A stretch of DNA of 63,855 bases, filler included, from Dicyema japonicum (taxonomy: Eukaryota > Animalia > Dicyemida), in NCBI GenBank assembly GCA_011109175.1. It is 7 parts of 7 records of this genome, joined end to end, with 100 filler letters (N's around TTAATTAATTAA, not from the genome) between each part and the next. Parts side by side here need not be neighbours in the genome. Positions count along the whole stretch, not along the records: positions 31,826 to 47,785 come from RDEW01000090.1; positions 47,886 to 53,419 come from RDEW01000205.1; positions 53,520 to 61,294 come from RDEW01000054.1; 4 more parts are not named here. The stretch is one strand, 5' to 3'. Shown in pieces: positions 40,281 to 53,950 of the stretch (position 1 is the stretch's first letter; every line of letters starts with the position of its first letter). Both the position numbers and the translations under genes were made by a program. The notes under the pieces were generated by a model. That model did not search any database. It had not been told where the DNA came from and saw nothing but the letters and a program-made list of their open reading frames with translations.

Positions 40281-41120
40281 GTATCTACTATATGATGGTT
40301 TGGATACTGCTAAATACTGTGTAGTGAGTAAAATTTTCCGATTTATTCCATAGAACCTGAAAATGGCGGCTAAATTATACAAGAAAAACATATTTCCAGA
40401 CTTGAATTAATTGAATATTTTTTAAAGAGTAAAACATTTCATATTAGGTATACGAAAATTATGGAAGCAAATTCCTATGCGTGCGTACATAAGACGATAA
40501 CAATAAATTCTCTCTTGGTGATCCTTTAGATCCTAAATTTTTTTCAAATCACATAAAAACTATTTATGAACAAAATATCGCCAATTTTTGGCATTATACA
40601 TTTTTGCTTGAGTAGCCAATAATATTTGTTATTCCAACGCAGGATGGCTGTCTAAACAATCTTCATTCATGTTGGTCTCCAAGGAGTGTTGAGATAGCTG
40701 TTCAGACTTTGTCGAAAGCAGATTTACCAGATGTTCAACTACGCTTGAAGTTTTGAAGGAAATTAAAAAATAAAAGCGATCTCTCATATCTGATTATTAA
40801 TTAATTTCCGATGTTCGTCTACAAGAATTTTAGTTTTAGTCATTTCTGACGGTCTGCTTATATCAAGTTAAAATTCATAACCTTTTGGATCGTTTAGGTC
40901 ATCCATAAACTTTTTTAGGAAATTATAATAAACAAGTTACCAATACGGTTTTTACGGTCATAAGTGATTTTAATGACACGTGGATTCATGGTTTTTGACG
41001 CATAGCTATTCAAAATCAAGTCAGAGCATTGAAAACTACAGTAAAGAGCGTGGATTCCATAAATCAGTTAATTAAAGAGTCCAAGTCATCGAAAATCAGA
41101 AAGTGATTAGGAAAAAAATC

Positions 41121-42993
41121 GGTTCTTTTTCAATACATGCTTCACGAAATAAGGCTCTAAATGAATTAATTTATTAACCACGAATACACCAAAAAAGAAG
41201 TTAAAGTAAACAACTAATTAAGTGTATCCAGTTTCCACAACTACAGAAACAGAGTCCATCCGGAATCAGCATAAAAAGTAAGACGTCCATTACATGAAGT
41301 TGTGAAAACCCATACAATGGAGTAAGGGAGAGCAAATGATCCTTTTTCGTGCCGGGCTGGCACTGGACGTCACCTAGACAGGTGGATCACATGACGCCAC
41401 TTTAATAGGAAGAGAGAAGAGGAAGAGACAAGCAAGCAGAAAACTTCAACCGATTAACCACTCAGCACCACATGGCAAAACGTGGCTAAATGAATTAATG
41501 AATTTTTTTTGAACATTATATCTAAAAATAAAAAAATGAACAATGTTGAATTTGTAAATATTATTATAAATTTTTTAAAATAAAATTTTGAATTTTTTAC
41601 CCGCTTTGGGGATGAGTAATATGTTTGTTATGCGAAAATATTCAAAACTGAAGGACTACGAACAACCACATTTCGAAATAGAGTCAGTTGCCCTCTTTCA
41701 GGAGTTTAGAATCTTCCCGAAATAAAAGAAATGTTTTAAAAGACATATTACGACTCTTTTCCATCAGCGGGAGAATACAACATGGGTGTGCGATAAAAGT
41801 GGGTGTCAAACTTATAGTTCTGTCAGAAACGGTATAATAAGAGAGTACTTTATTTTTAGGGCTTGAAAGCACGACTGTTTCGTTACAAACCTGTATTCGT
41901 ACATATATATGTGGAGTTTCGACAGACAAACAATTTTATGGTGTCGGCGTCAACTGGAATAGAGCAACCGCACGATTTCTAATTGGTCTCATTCCCTGCG
42001 AGAGGTTTGTGCTGATTATTTAGCTAATCGTCCGAACACACTGATCGGTATAGTGCATCATTAGATTGTATAGGTGGAATTGGAAAAGTTGTCAAAGTTG
42101 ATGAGAGCATGTTCTCTAAACGAAAAAACAATGCAGGAAGGATTCTCCCTCAACAATGGGTGTTTGGGGGAATTTGTCGGGGAAGTAAAGACAGATTCCT
42201 AGAGATGTTTACTGATCGATCGAAAAGAACTCTAACAACGGCTATACAGCGAAATATCGCACCGGGATCAGTGATACACACTGACAAATGGAAGGGTAAT
42301 TGTAATTAATATATTCTTGGAAATAGGTTATTCAACGTCAGCTCTTAATGCTCTTGCCTATGTGCACCTCAAAGTTAATCACATGTATATCAAAATTCTT
42401 TTATAAATTTGCAGACGAAATTTTGTAGACCCGAAAACAGGTGCACACACGCGGACTGTTGAGAGGCTCACATAAAAATTAAATAGGAAAATTTAGAATG
42501 TTGGGAAGCGCAAAATGGCGCAATAAAAGACAGAGGTACCACGCGTCACTTCATGGGTTCATATTTTGCAGGTATTAAATACTTCGAGTTATTTTGTAGA
42601 ATTTTTGTGAAGTCATGTGAGCCATTTGGAAAACTTCTTTGATGAATTAATAGATGCGATCGTTAGATATTGTCTACCGAACATCACACTGCATAGAAAC
42701 AAGTAACTTATTTTTGTGATAATGATCTTTTTTCGCTAAGGGAATGATCATAAGCATCTACATGAAGCCCATAACGGTTTCTTCTTAGGTAGCGGGTCGT
42801 TAATAGCTCAGCTTTGACTTTTGTCGGTATCGTTTTAACACCACTAAGTCGTAGAGATTTAGTAATTTATTTAAAAAATTTATAATAATATTTACAAATT
42901 CGGTATTGTTTAATTTTTTTCATTAATTCATTAAAAAAATTTCACTATTTCATTTAGACCCTTATTTCGTGAAGCATGTATTGCAAAACTACC
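41121..42993 (+). mobile_element. Complete but inactivated Merlin (IS1595/ISXO2-like) transposon with five micro-introns
   Basis: GG-started long TIRs (caatacatgcttcacgaaataagg); 8-bp TSD aaaaaatc/aataaatc; VKVDESMF, WVFGG, IHTDKWKG|Y, VNHI|RNFVD, TVER|M; introns 41832-41859, 42296-42326, 42385-42414, 42466-42496 (GC-AG), 42572-42599. Confidence 0.88.
41171..41485 (-). mobile_element. Full-length SINE-like copy inserted in the Merlin left TIR
   Basis: 14-bp TSD ctaaatgaattaat at 41157-41170 and 41486-41499. Confidence 0.85.
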
Positions 42994-43573
42994 AATAAAT
43001 CTTAAAAAATATACAGAACAATTACAAATTGTATTAAAAAAAATCAAAATAATATTAAATAGTCTATCCAAACAAATCTTGTTTAAAGTTAACCAACTCT
43101 CTATTGACCAGTGATAGTCGATCTTTTTTCCCGCCGTCCATTTTGATATTTCATTCCCTACCAAAAATAAACTCATTATTAAAGACCAATTGACTTTATT
43201 TTTCTATGCTGTCTAGCGTCATATAGTGTCATGTGGATAATAAGTTGAAGATTTCCCTTTATTTCCTCTGTTGGCGTAATTAAATCCACCCTACTCGGGA
43301 GAACCATAATGCCTGGCCGATATTCAAAAGGATCCATTAATTCATTCTATTGGAAAACAATTTGACCCGACGAGCAGCATAATTAACTTCAGATTTCCGC
43401 ATAACGTCCTATAAATCACTGGCTCTGATAATGGTTCTTCCCGAACGCGTCTGGATCAAGAAATTAGTTAGTAAAGTGAGAGATACGTAATAAATCTTAA
43501 TTTCTACTAACCTCATTAAGTTTTTGAATAATCCAGCTCAAATACAAATTATTTCTGTTGTGATCATTTAGAA

Positions 43574-45918
43574 CAGTTATTCTCAACCTTTTTTTGGTGT
43601 ACCAAACCAAGTTATTTCTGTACCAAAGAAACAAAGACTTATTTAATTCTTTTAATTAATTTTAGGTACTTAAAATATTTTTTAACTATTTAATGAGAGC
43701 CTTGGTTTTCATGCATTATAATTAGTTTCTGAATATCAGGGTCCAAACGTGTTAAAAATAATCTGACATCTCCTCGCGTGCAAATATCAAGTTTGTTACG
43801 TTTATCGCTCAATATTCTGTTTACTACGCTGAATCATGATTCCACAAGATATGCCGTTGGAAAACATAATAAAATCTTAATTATTTGTTCCCAAATCTTT
43901 GGATATTTGTCTTTAAATTTTTTTTTTCGCCAAAAGGTAGACAAATATTGGTTTTTAAACAAAATCTTGTTAAAATAATTATATTTAATTTCTATAAAAA
44001 ATAATAATGATAAAAATACCAATAAATTCATTTTGCAAATCCATTTGCACCTCGACAATGCTAGTCAATAAAGGATTCATCATCCATCTTGGTATTTCCA
44101 TATTATTTCACGTCTTCAAATCTGATTGTCATTTCATTTTCCAAATTAATTAGATGGTCAACAAAAATTTTATATCAAATTGATTAAATGCTTCACATAC
44201 TGGATATAAAAAATCGTAATTTCCTGATTCAAAGTTTTGTCTATAATTCTTTAACTTTTCACAAAATGTAATTATTGTAACTCTGACGTCAAACATAGTT
44301 ACAAAATTTCCCTGCAATTTCAAGGAAATTTCATTCAATTTATCAAAAATCCAATTTGCTTCACATACTGGATATAAAAAATCGTAATTTCCTGATTCAA
44401 AGTTTTGTCTATAATTCTTTAACTTTTCACAAAATGTAATTATTGTAACTCTGACGTCAAACATAGTTACAAAATTTCCCTGCAATTTCAAGGAAATTTC
44501 ATTCAATTTATCAAAAATCCAATTTAAATAATAGATATATTTCTCATTTTCTGAAATCGATCTTGCTAATTCCTCTTCATTTTCCGATTCAAGAAATCCA
44601 AAATATCTGGTAAAAGGTTTACAAATCTTTGTAAAGCAGTGCCTTTGGACAACCAGCGAACCTAAAAAATATAAAAAACAAAAATAAACTTCAGTATGAT
44701 ACAAGAGTCTTGAATAATCTTCATTCCTATCTATAAAAAATTTCCTAAAGATCCTATCAGATTTTGGACCTGTTTTAATTCGATTGATCGTTTTTATTAC
44801 GAGATTCTGCACTTGATTTAAAAAAGCGGAGATTTTTTTGAAACCAGATGATGGCGGTGTAATACGCAATAAATATGAATTAAATTCGGACATTTTTGTT
44901 TCAAAAAAGACGCAAATCCTTTGTACTTCCCATCCATGGCCATTGCACCGTCCGTAGCACATGTGATTAAATTGGAAAATGGAATTTGTTTTTCTTCAAA
45001 ATACGTTTTCAATACATTAAAAATTGACTCTCCGGTAGTATCTGTTATCAAAGGCCTGATAAACAAAACCTCTTCATAAAAAAATCTAAACAAAGTATTA
45101 TTTAAAATACCTACCTAACATATGCAATTAATACAGATTTATTATCACACACCAGACATTCGTAAATCTGGAAGGAAAAAACTGTTTTTCTAAGTATATT
45201 TTTTAAGGAATCTGCTACGCTTTCGGCCATTTCGTCAATGCGGCGACAAATCTTATCATTACTCAAAGGTAAATTCTAGGAACATCAAAATGGTCGCACT
45301 ACTTGTAAAATTTCAGATGGATTATGTTCCAACATATCTTGTAAAACAACTGCCATTAACGATTCACCCGAAACATGGGTAGCATTATTTTTTGCAACGA
45401 TGTGGGCAATTTTGAAGGATACAAGTAACCCATCTATGAAATAGGTTAAAAGGAATACTTTTTCTTGCAAGAGCATGATGAGTGATTAACTTTTAGAGAA
45501 TAGTAGGTTCATCAATCTTGTTTTTTTATATTTTGAAAATATTCAAGCGAAGATCCGACTAGATTTGGATGTCTAGTCCTCAAATGGTGTGTTATCTTGA
45601 CAATTTCATAGAACTATTGGCCAAAGAATTTTTGCAGATTATGCAAAAAGGCTTAGATTTGTATCCACTGGAAAGGATAAATCCATATTTAAGATAATCT
45701 TTACGATAAATCCGAGGAGTACGAGAATTACTACCAGACATGTAATTGACACGAGTATTTATAGGTATCAAATGATAATGGTTAACCATCGAATGAACTA
45801 ATTACTGATAATAAAAAATATTTAAAAAATAATACCATGTACCAATTTTTTCCATGCACCATTCAAGTATTTTTTATGTGCCAAAAATGGTGTACATCAC
45901 CACGGTTGAAAATCACAG
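43574..45918 (-). mobile_element. Complete hAT (Buster/Charlie, ZBED8-like) transposon, inactivated, intron-containing
   Basis: TIRs cagttattctcaacc / ggttgaaaatcacag; perfect 8-bp TSD ATTTAGAA; YLKYGF..CIIC, TDGAMAM, HCVLHR-like and HTE|VRWLS motifs; introns 45434-45458, 45086-45114, 44662-44689, 43992-44019; internal ~168-bp tandem duplication. Confidence 0.9.
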
Positions 45919-46789
45919 ATTTAGAAGGTCAAAAATTGTATCACAAATTCTATGACAAAACGAAAATCCGTTCAACTCAAAAGTAGCTGATATGCTCTGC
46001 CGACATTCAAACTTGAGAAAATCGCAACTTACAAGTGGTAGTTACAAAAAACCCTTCACTGTTTCTCGACTATCTTGTTACAACCGACATAATTTAAGAT
46101 ACTTCTGAAGAAAACTAGCTTTTGAATTATCGCTCAAATAAAAAATGTTCTCTCTCATGGTCATTCAGAAGGTCAATAATTGTATAACACAAAGAGATAA
46201 ATCTGTTNACAATTCGAGATCCTTCTGAAGAAAACGAGCTTTTGAATAATCGCTCAAATAAAAAATAATCTCTCTCGTGGTCGTTCAGAAGGTCAATAAT
46301 TGTATAACACAAAGAGATAAATTTGTTCAATGTATCTCCTTTCTAAACCAACTTAAAGTAATTAAAAATGCAACCAATATTTTCACAGTTTGTTGTATTT
46401 TTGTTAAAAAGTAATCCAGTTGATATAATTACCTTTAATTTTCAAAGTATTTGATAAGTTTTTCACGTTTAGACGGATCCAAAAGACCAATTAATTTGAT
46501 GACTTTATTGGTAACAGTATTACCACATAATAAGCAAGGGGTAACCATTTAAAAATATTACTATTAGAGTTTTTTATAAATTAAATAATAATTTATAATT
46601 ATAAAAATATAAAACTTAAATCTTTCGACAAGGCCCCAAAGGAAATTCTGACCAGAACGATCTCTGCCTCAGACACTCTGAAACAAACTAAAGCTTTGGA
46701 TTGCAAATTTCCTGAGTGATCAGAGAGGAAGAATTGTAACATGCTCGGCCAAATTCGTGACAAAATCCCTACCAAAGAGTACCACAGTG

Positions 46790-47700
46790 TTTCCTATTCT
46801 GTTCAGCATCTTCAATGGTCAGTACCAGCGATACCACACTACACTGACAATATAATCGTCGCATCAAAAGACAATTGTGTTGAGACAGCCTCTGGAGGAC
46901 TGCAATACNATCTGGCTCATCCGAAAAATGTGACCAAATAGACGCCATCTTGTTTCAAGGAAATCCAGATTCAATGGTCTTGTATTACATATTTTGTACA
47001 GATTCTTGTTTGGAATTTTTGGCTTGTTGATGCCAAGCAACAGTCGGGGTTGTTTACGATGGAAGGCATCTAGTTTGTCCATTACCGCTTGTGAGACTCC
47101 GGGGTTGCAGCGTTGTTCATTAGGACCGGTTTCACGAAGGCATTGTATAGTCGTAATTGTGTGCTAATTTGTTTACGATGATTCCAGACTACTCTCATTT
47201 TTCTAAAGGCCTCGACGGCCAATATTTTCCTGTTAGTGATATCCTCAGCGTCTCGAAACAACGACTTCAATTTTTTACAGTATCTCCATTTTTCATCAGT
47301 TCGGGTTAATTCACGCCGTATGGTTATTGTCTCCGTCTTTCAGTATTGATTTTGATGAACCATTTTTCTAGCACATCTGGCATCCTTGTCCGTATATATT
47401 TTTTATGTTTTCTGGTCGCTGGACATATAGTCGATATCATCTGCATAAATCACTTCAGTTTGAGGTAAGTCGCCAATTAATAATCTTAGGTCTCAGTGCA
47501 GCTTCCAGATATGTCACAAAAAGTACCGGTGACAAGGAATCTCCCTGTGGTACCCAGAACGATGTCTCGAATGAAACAGACTCCAAATTTCCAAAACGTA
47601 TACTTAACTGTGTTGTTCCAAGTAATAGACGGATCCCCGTTAACAGGTCTTTACTTTTTTATGGTGGTTAAGTATACCATATTTTGTATTGATGCAAAAT
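46790..47700 (-). pseudogene. Degenerate RTE-type LINE (RT to 3' end)
   Basis: PQGDSLSP, YADD remnant, LRLYNAFVKPVL, RWRLFGHI. Confidence 0.8.
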
Positions 47701-48130
47701 GACTGACATTTATGTTTCTGATGGCCCATTCAGGAATGTATCCTTAAACAGCTCTTACACGTCCTGGCCTTAAAGATAATGAAAANNNNNNNNNNNNNNN
47801 NNNNNNNNNNNNNNNNNNNNNNNNNNNNNTTAATTAATTAANNNNNNNNNNNNNNNNNNNNNNNNNNNNNNNNNNNNNNNNNNNNTTTTTTTGATATATC
47901 TTTAAAAATTAAAATAATTAAAATATCTAAAATGATTTTAAAATTTAAAAAGTTTTTTGTTTGCCAAATTAAGATCACAAAAATAGAACTTATCTAAAAT
48001 TAGTTTTATTGTTTTTAAATTTTGGATTATTATTATTATTGGAGAATTTTCAAATAATAGATTCGCAATAATAAATTCGTAATTATTTGGGTCAAAAAGA
48101 TTTTTATTCTTTTAAGAATAATTTATAAAG

Positions 48131-49171
48131 ATTAAGAAGATAGAATCTCTCAAGGACAACGCTAGATTTTACGAGGCTGTGAAACAGATGAAAGGAAATA
48201 GACCCCATTAACCGATAATGATAAGAGATGACAAAGGAACGCAAATTGTGGACCAAATGGAAGTGGCTGAAATTATCGCTGCCCACTTTGGAAAACTTTT
48301 TAACCCAAGGAACGACACTATCAACCTAGAACGAGGAAACTTGGACGAGGAAATCACACCATATGAAGTTGAACTTGCGAGTTCCAAGTTGAAAAACAAC
48401 AGGACTCCTGGCCCCGACGGACTCGCTGGTGAATTCTTCAAATATGGAACCCAAAAGCTGTATGAATGCATCGCTAGGATCCTGAATGAAATGTACTATT
48501 ATGGTCACACGCTGACCCTGGGAGAGGGTATCTTGATAACTGTACAAAGGCGAATAAACCAAGATCTAAGGTGGAGAACCTCCGTCCGGTCATATTAATG
48601 AATTCACTTCGGAAAATTCTGGCGAACATAACATTACAAAGGATGGAAGGACGCCTAGATATTTTTCTGTCGCCATACCACAGCGGATTCCGAAAAGGAA
48701 GATCTACTTCCGATGTTTTGTGGTCCCACAAGTGGAGATCTGCGGCCGTTCAAAAGTTCAAAATGTCTACAACCATCCTCGGAATCGACATTTCGAGGGC
48801 CTTCGACTCTGTCGACAGACGGAGGCTAATACTAGTTTTGGAAAGTTTCCTAGACGCTTCCACTGTCAGAATGGCCACCACCCTCCTAGCTGATACTTGG
48901 CTCACTGTAAGAGTCGGGGGAGCCTTGTCTCGCCGATTTGAGACGACTGTTGGCACTCCACAGGGAGACCCATTATCACCTATACTTTTTGTACCTTGAA
49001 GCTGCTTTACGGGAGTCAAAACCGATAATGGGTGAAAAGACAAACATTATTGCGTATGCTCACGACGTAGACTTTACTTCAAATGACAAAATACCGCTCA
49101 CCCGCTTGATGGAAGAAGTGTCTGGAAGACTAGCCGAATGGTTCCTAACAGTAAATCCGGACAAGACTTGT
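48131..49171 (+). pseudogene. RTE-type RT fragment flanked by ~141-bp direct repeats (47989-48130 and 49172-49312)
   Basis: TPGPDG, NLRPVIL, GFRKGRST, DISRAFD, GTPQGDPLSP, YAHDV. Confidence 0.85.
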
Positions 49172-49312
49172 CTTATCTAAAATTAGTTTTATTGTTTTGA
49201 AATTTTGGATTATTATTATTATTGGAGAATTTTCAAATAATAGATTCGCAATAATAAATTCGTAATTATTTGGGTCAAAAGATTTTTATTCTTTTAAGAA
49301 TAATTTATAAAG

Positions 49313-50050
49313 GTTCTCTCTAAGAAATAGATGGATCAAAGAAAACCGATTGTAATCAGCACAACTGATATCGAAAAACTTAACAAAAACACCAAAAGAT
49401 CTCCTGCCGAAGGGCTTGATGGAATCTTCATTTAAAGCACCTGGGAATGCAGGGACTTAAGGAAATAACAAGCATACTTTCTGCCTCCATCAACAACTGC
49501 CGAATTCCTGCACTATGGAAAAAATTTAAAATAATCACAATTCTGAAGCTCAAAAAAGATCATTCGGATCCGGGATCTTTCAGACCGATTTCACTACTAT
49601 TTCGGAAATTGTTGAACATGTTGTATTGAAACTAATATCGGAGCATCTTCCCTTCCTAGATTCTCAACATGGTTTTCTTTCACAATTTTCAATATCGACA
49701 CGTCTCCCTTCCCTAAATCAATATATCGCTGATGGTTTCAACAATTAAAATCTTCCCAAACGGACTATTCTAGCATCAAGGCGTTTGATCGAACATCAAA
49801 GCGGGTTCTAAGTAACAAAATTTTTTCATCTCGAATTCCTCCACTTCTTCAGAATTTGCTAACAAATTTTTTATTTAGAAGAATTGATCGGGTTAAAATT
49901 ATGTCCTGTCTATCTCACTACCGATTCCTTCCAAATAGAGTTCCCCGATGATCTATTTTGTCTCCTACCTTATTCAATTTGCACCTAAGCGATATTTCAA
50001 CCAATTCTAAGACACTTCTAGCATATGCGGATGACCTAATATTATTTTTA
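49313..50050 (+). pseudogene. Degenerate LINE RT fragment (non-RTE)
   Basis: IPALWK, SFRPISL, QHGF, LSPTLFN, LAYADDL. Confidence 0.8.
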
Positions 50051-50829
50051 AATTCTAAGACGAACGTTGTGCTATTTCATGATTTTTTGTCAACTCGTAA
50101 AAGTTTCAAAAGGGACAGAGGACATCTTAAGTCGGTAGAGATGGATGGTGACTACATCGTAGACGAACCACGTTTACAAGGATGTCTCTCGGAAGAGATG
50201 ATTCCAATTGGCCTATTGGAAAAAGAGGCCAATGTAGTATTTTATTATCACCGAGTCTTCGGATGGTTCTCAGAAACAAAATCGTCATTGGTGCTGGAAG
50301 AGATGGATGATAACTTTCGGGACTTCTCACTGGTTGTCATGATCATTTTTCTTTTGTTTACTGATTTGGACAGGGATGGTCTGGGCTGTAGGTTTGGGAG
50401 AGGAACTGCATAGCTTCATTTCCAAATGGTTTCCAATGGGAAGAATTTTTGATTTCCAGTGAAGATGAGAAATAGGGGGTTTTGCAGTTTGTCGATAGAA
50501 TTAAAAGAGAGAGAAATTTTTTTTTCAGTTCTATAATAAATGCAAGTAAAACCTCTAAAATAGGTTCTGACAAGTTACCTTCGCGTAGGGAGAAGTTAGA
50601 TGATACCCTCAAACAAGCCTTGTAAGTTTTTACTGTTAAACTTATGAAGGGTAAATCAGATTCGAAAAAATAAGATTAAAATAATACACATGTTAGTTTG
50701 AAATGTTTCTTAAACGAAAGATTCGATAAAAACAGTTGTTTTTGTCTGAGTGCCGCATAAGTTTTACAGTATATGTATGTTGATCAAAAACTCAAAAAAT
50801 TAAAAAATAAAAATTAATAAAGATTCTCC

Positions 50830-51060
50830 CGAGTGGTTACTTGGTCGAAGGATTCTCTTCCTTTACTCTGTTCCTTATCTGCTCTTATTCTACTAGAGTA
50901 GCGTCATGTAATTAACTCGTCTCAGGTGACTACCAGATACTAAAAAATCCTTCACTCCATTAGAGAGATTCCTACAAATTGAAAAATTCGATGTTTTTTA
51001 CTTTTCCGTTCGTTCTTGATGGACCTGTATGATACTAGAAGGTTTCTCTGTATCCGGATT
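50830..51060 (+). mobile_element. Degenerate SINE-like family copy
   Basis: gagtggtta..agagtagcgtcatgt..gtctcaggtgac..ctccatt..tgtatccgg. Confidence 0.55.
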
Positions 51061-52222
51061 TTTTGTGCGCCTGAGACGTCCTATGCTAAAACTTCAAGTT
51101 TTTAATATCTCCTGATGTCTCCTGATCCCAACCCCTCCTCCAAACCACGAGAATATAAAAGGGAAGAGTTTTTATTTGTCATAAAGCAATTTGGAAATTT
51201 TCAAGATTTTGTAGATAGAGTATATACTCGAAATTTGTATTAAGGACGTTCGCTACAGTAAATTAATACAAAACTTTAGGTAGATTCTAGCATAGCAACT
51301 GACTGTCAACCTTAAATGCACCAAGTGGACCATATGAGGTATAAATTTTGAAGAAATTTAACTTTTTTGTTCAAAAATGTTAAGAACCAGCTTATGTGCA
51401 CAATTCTAATAATATGCTTCTTTAACAGAGACTATATTCCAACATTCATGAGTAATGTTTATCCTAAAATCTCCAAAATCGAACTCGTTGAATTTCCACC
51501 AAAAAATTCTTAAATTCCTTAGAATCTAAGATGTCGCATTGACTGTTACTAAAACCACAAAATTTACGTTAAATTTACTCAGAATCAGTACCTCTCCCGA
51601 ACAAAGCAATTTTACAGCTTTCATCTACATACAGTCTAATTTTCTCTTCCAAGTTATCCATCACTATGATACCCTCTCCATAAAGTTTCAAGATATCGAA
51701 AATAAAAAAAATAAAATTAGATAAATCAGTCAACCAACTCAACATAGTTTAAATCCGAGTTTCAGAACCTCCACTCTAACAGTTAAACGGATCATTCTAA
51801 CAGACATATCTACTACAGTTAACTCAATCTGTCCAATCCTTCCATCATCCCTGCATTTTGTGCTACAATGAAAAACATGCAAAACCAAGTGTCTACAAAC
51901 TTTAGAGGCCTTCTGCACAGATTGGGCTAAATAATGCATGAAATCAACAGAGAAGAAAAAATAGTTAAATAAGTGACAGCAGTTCGCCATTTCCGGAATA
52001 ACATGGGCCCAGCGTCGAAGGCCGTGAACTTTTTACTGGGGTTCCTCTCCAACTAATCAGTCTCATAAACATATCACAGCCTCGATCGTTATCCTCTTAT
52101 CCACAGCCTTTTTTGCTGCGTAAATCTTGTCCGAAGAGTAAACTTTATAATATTTAGCGCAAAACGGTAATCAAAACCGTCAAATTTTCTTAATAAAAGT
52201 GTTAATCATAAATCGTTCGCAA

Positions 52223-53419
52223 ATGTTACTGCTTAAATGGGCGTTTTTAATAATTTTTTATGCAATTAATTACAGGAGCTTTAATGGTCATGTTATTAGT
52301 CTTCGGTATACGAAAAAACATCTCAAGGGAATCAGTAAAGACGAGGAACCACAAAATCCCAAATTTCGAAAATCTATCGTGATTATTATCGATGGACTCA
52401 GATTTGATTCAGTTTTGGCCAACAGCACCAGAAATGCGACATACCTCAATCGACTAACGAACCTATACAAAGTTCAATTAAATGAGCCCCAGAATACACG
52501 TGTTTATTCATTCAGCGGTAGATTTCCTGCCATGACCATTAATCGGTTACTTTCAATTTTCAAAGGAATTTGGCATGGATTTGAAGATTCTGGATATATC
52601 CAAGATAACCTATTTAATCAGTTCCTATTAAATGGCAAGAAATTGGCCTTCGTTGGTGGAGTATCGTGTCCTAATATATTCAGACGTCCCTTTGAAGAAG
52701 ATATTAGCATACATGACAACGATCTCGACGATATCTTCAGAATTGATGATATCATTAATAAGAGCTTTATAGAATTTATAAAGCACAACACTTCTGACGT
52801 TTATGTAGCTCATTTTCTTGGAATGGATCACCTATACCACCTATTGGGCCTCAACCATCCAGAAATTCAACACCGTCTTGAGTTTTATGATCGTTTTATC
52901 GGGTAAGGGTCATTTTAACTAGTTCAGAAAATTATTGCCTTTAATTGACGAAGAAACCGTTTTGTTCGTTCTAGGGGACCACGGATCTGTTCCAAATGGG
53001 TCTCACGGAGATAACCTCGAAGAGGAGGACAGTGCCCTGTTTATATATAGTAAAAAACAGCTATCACCCACTCCATTGAACATTGTGATCTTTGATTTAT
53101 TAATCTAGAACGAAATTCAGCGAATTGAACAAGATCAATTCGCTCCCACCATGGCTATGTTGATGGGAGTAAACATTCCCTTCCAGAACATGGGGACCTT
53201 TATTAAGGATATCGATTATGGCGGCATCTCGGTATTCATTATTTTAACAAATTTAGGAGTTCAACTTGAGTAGAATAAATAGTAAGCAAATTATCAAGTT
53301 CTACAAATCGTTAAAGCGAATTTCGTCCCCATTTGAAAAAAATAAAATTATGAAGGACATCAAAGAGGCTGAATTCAAGGCTGCCATTGGAGATTTCGAT
53401 GATGCGACTGAAATATATT
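52223..53419 (+). CDS. GPI ethanolamine-phosphate transferase (PIG-O/PIG-G family), divergent, cut by gap
   Basis: IVIIIDGLRFD, HFLGMDHLYH, VLGDHG, FAPTMAMLMGVNIPFQNMG; short introns near 52903 and 53085. Confidence 0.8.
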
Positions 53420-53519
53420 NNNNNNNNNNNNNNNNNNNNNNNNNNNNNNNNNNNNNNNNNNNNTTAATTAATTAANNNNNNNNNNNNNNNNNNNNNNNNN
53501 NNNNNNNNNNNNNNNNNNN

Positions 53520-53950
53520 CTGCGGTGTAGAAATCCGATTCCATTGACGATCCACGAATTCCAGCGTCAAAGGCGCAAAAGAACCGAGCGAAACAAACAA
53601 AAATCCACTACTAAGACCGCGCTAATGTGTCGGTGCAAGTGACCTGACAGACAAGTGGTTTTCCTGCTTCGAAGGATCATCTCATCGGGTCGTTTCCAGT
53701 CATGTTTGCAAAGGCCGATTGGTTCAAGCATACAAGGGTGTCCAATAGCGTCCAAAGCTCCTCTAACGACTTTATTTATGGCCATGTGTCTGCGATATCT
53801 GTCCACACTCTTCCTGCAGGAGAGTGGATGCAGGCCTAAAAAGTCAATCTGGTCCCAGTATAGGCATGAATATGATACACAGACTTTCAATCCGAGTCGT
53901 AATGAGATCCCAATACGAACGCATTCATAAATGAAGTAGGGAAAATAGGT
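53520..53950 (-). pseudogene. CRE-clade RLE endonuclease region
   Basis: GLHPLSC..RH..INKVVRGAL..LEPIGL..DWKRPD. Confidence 0.8.
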
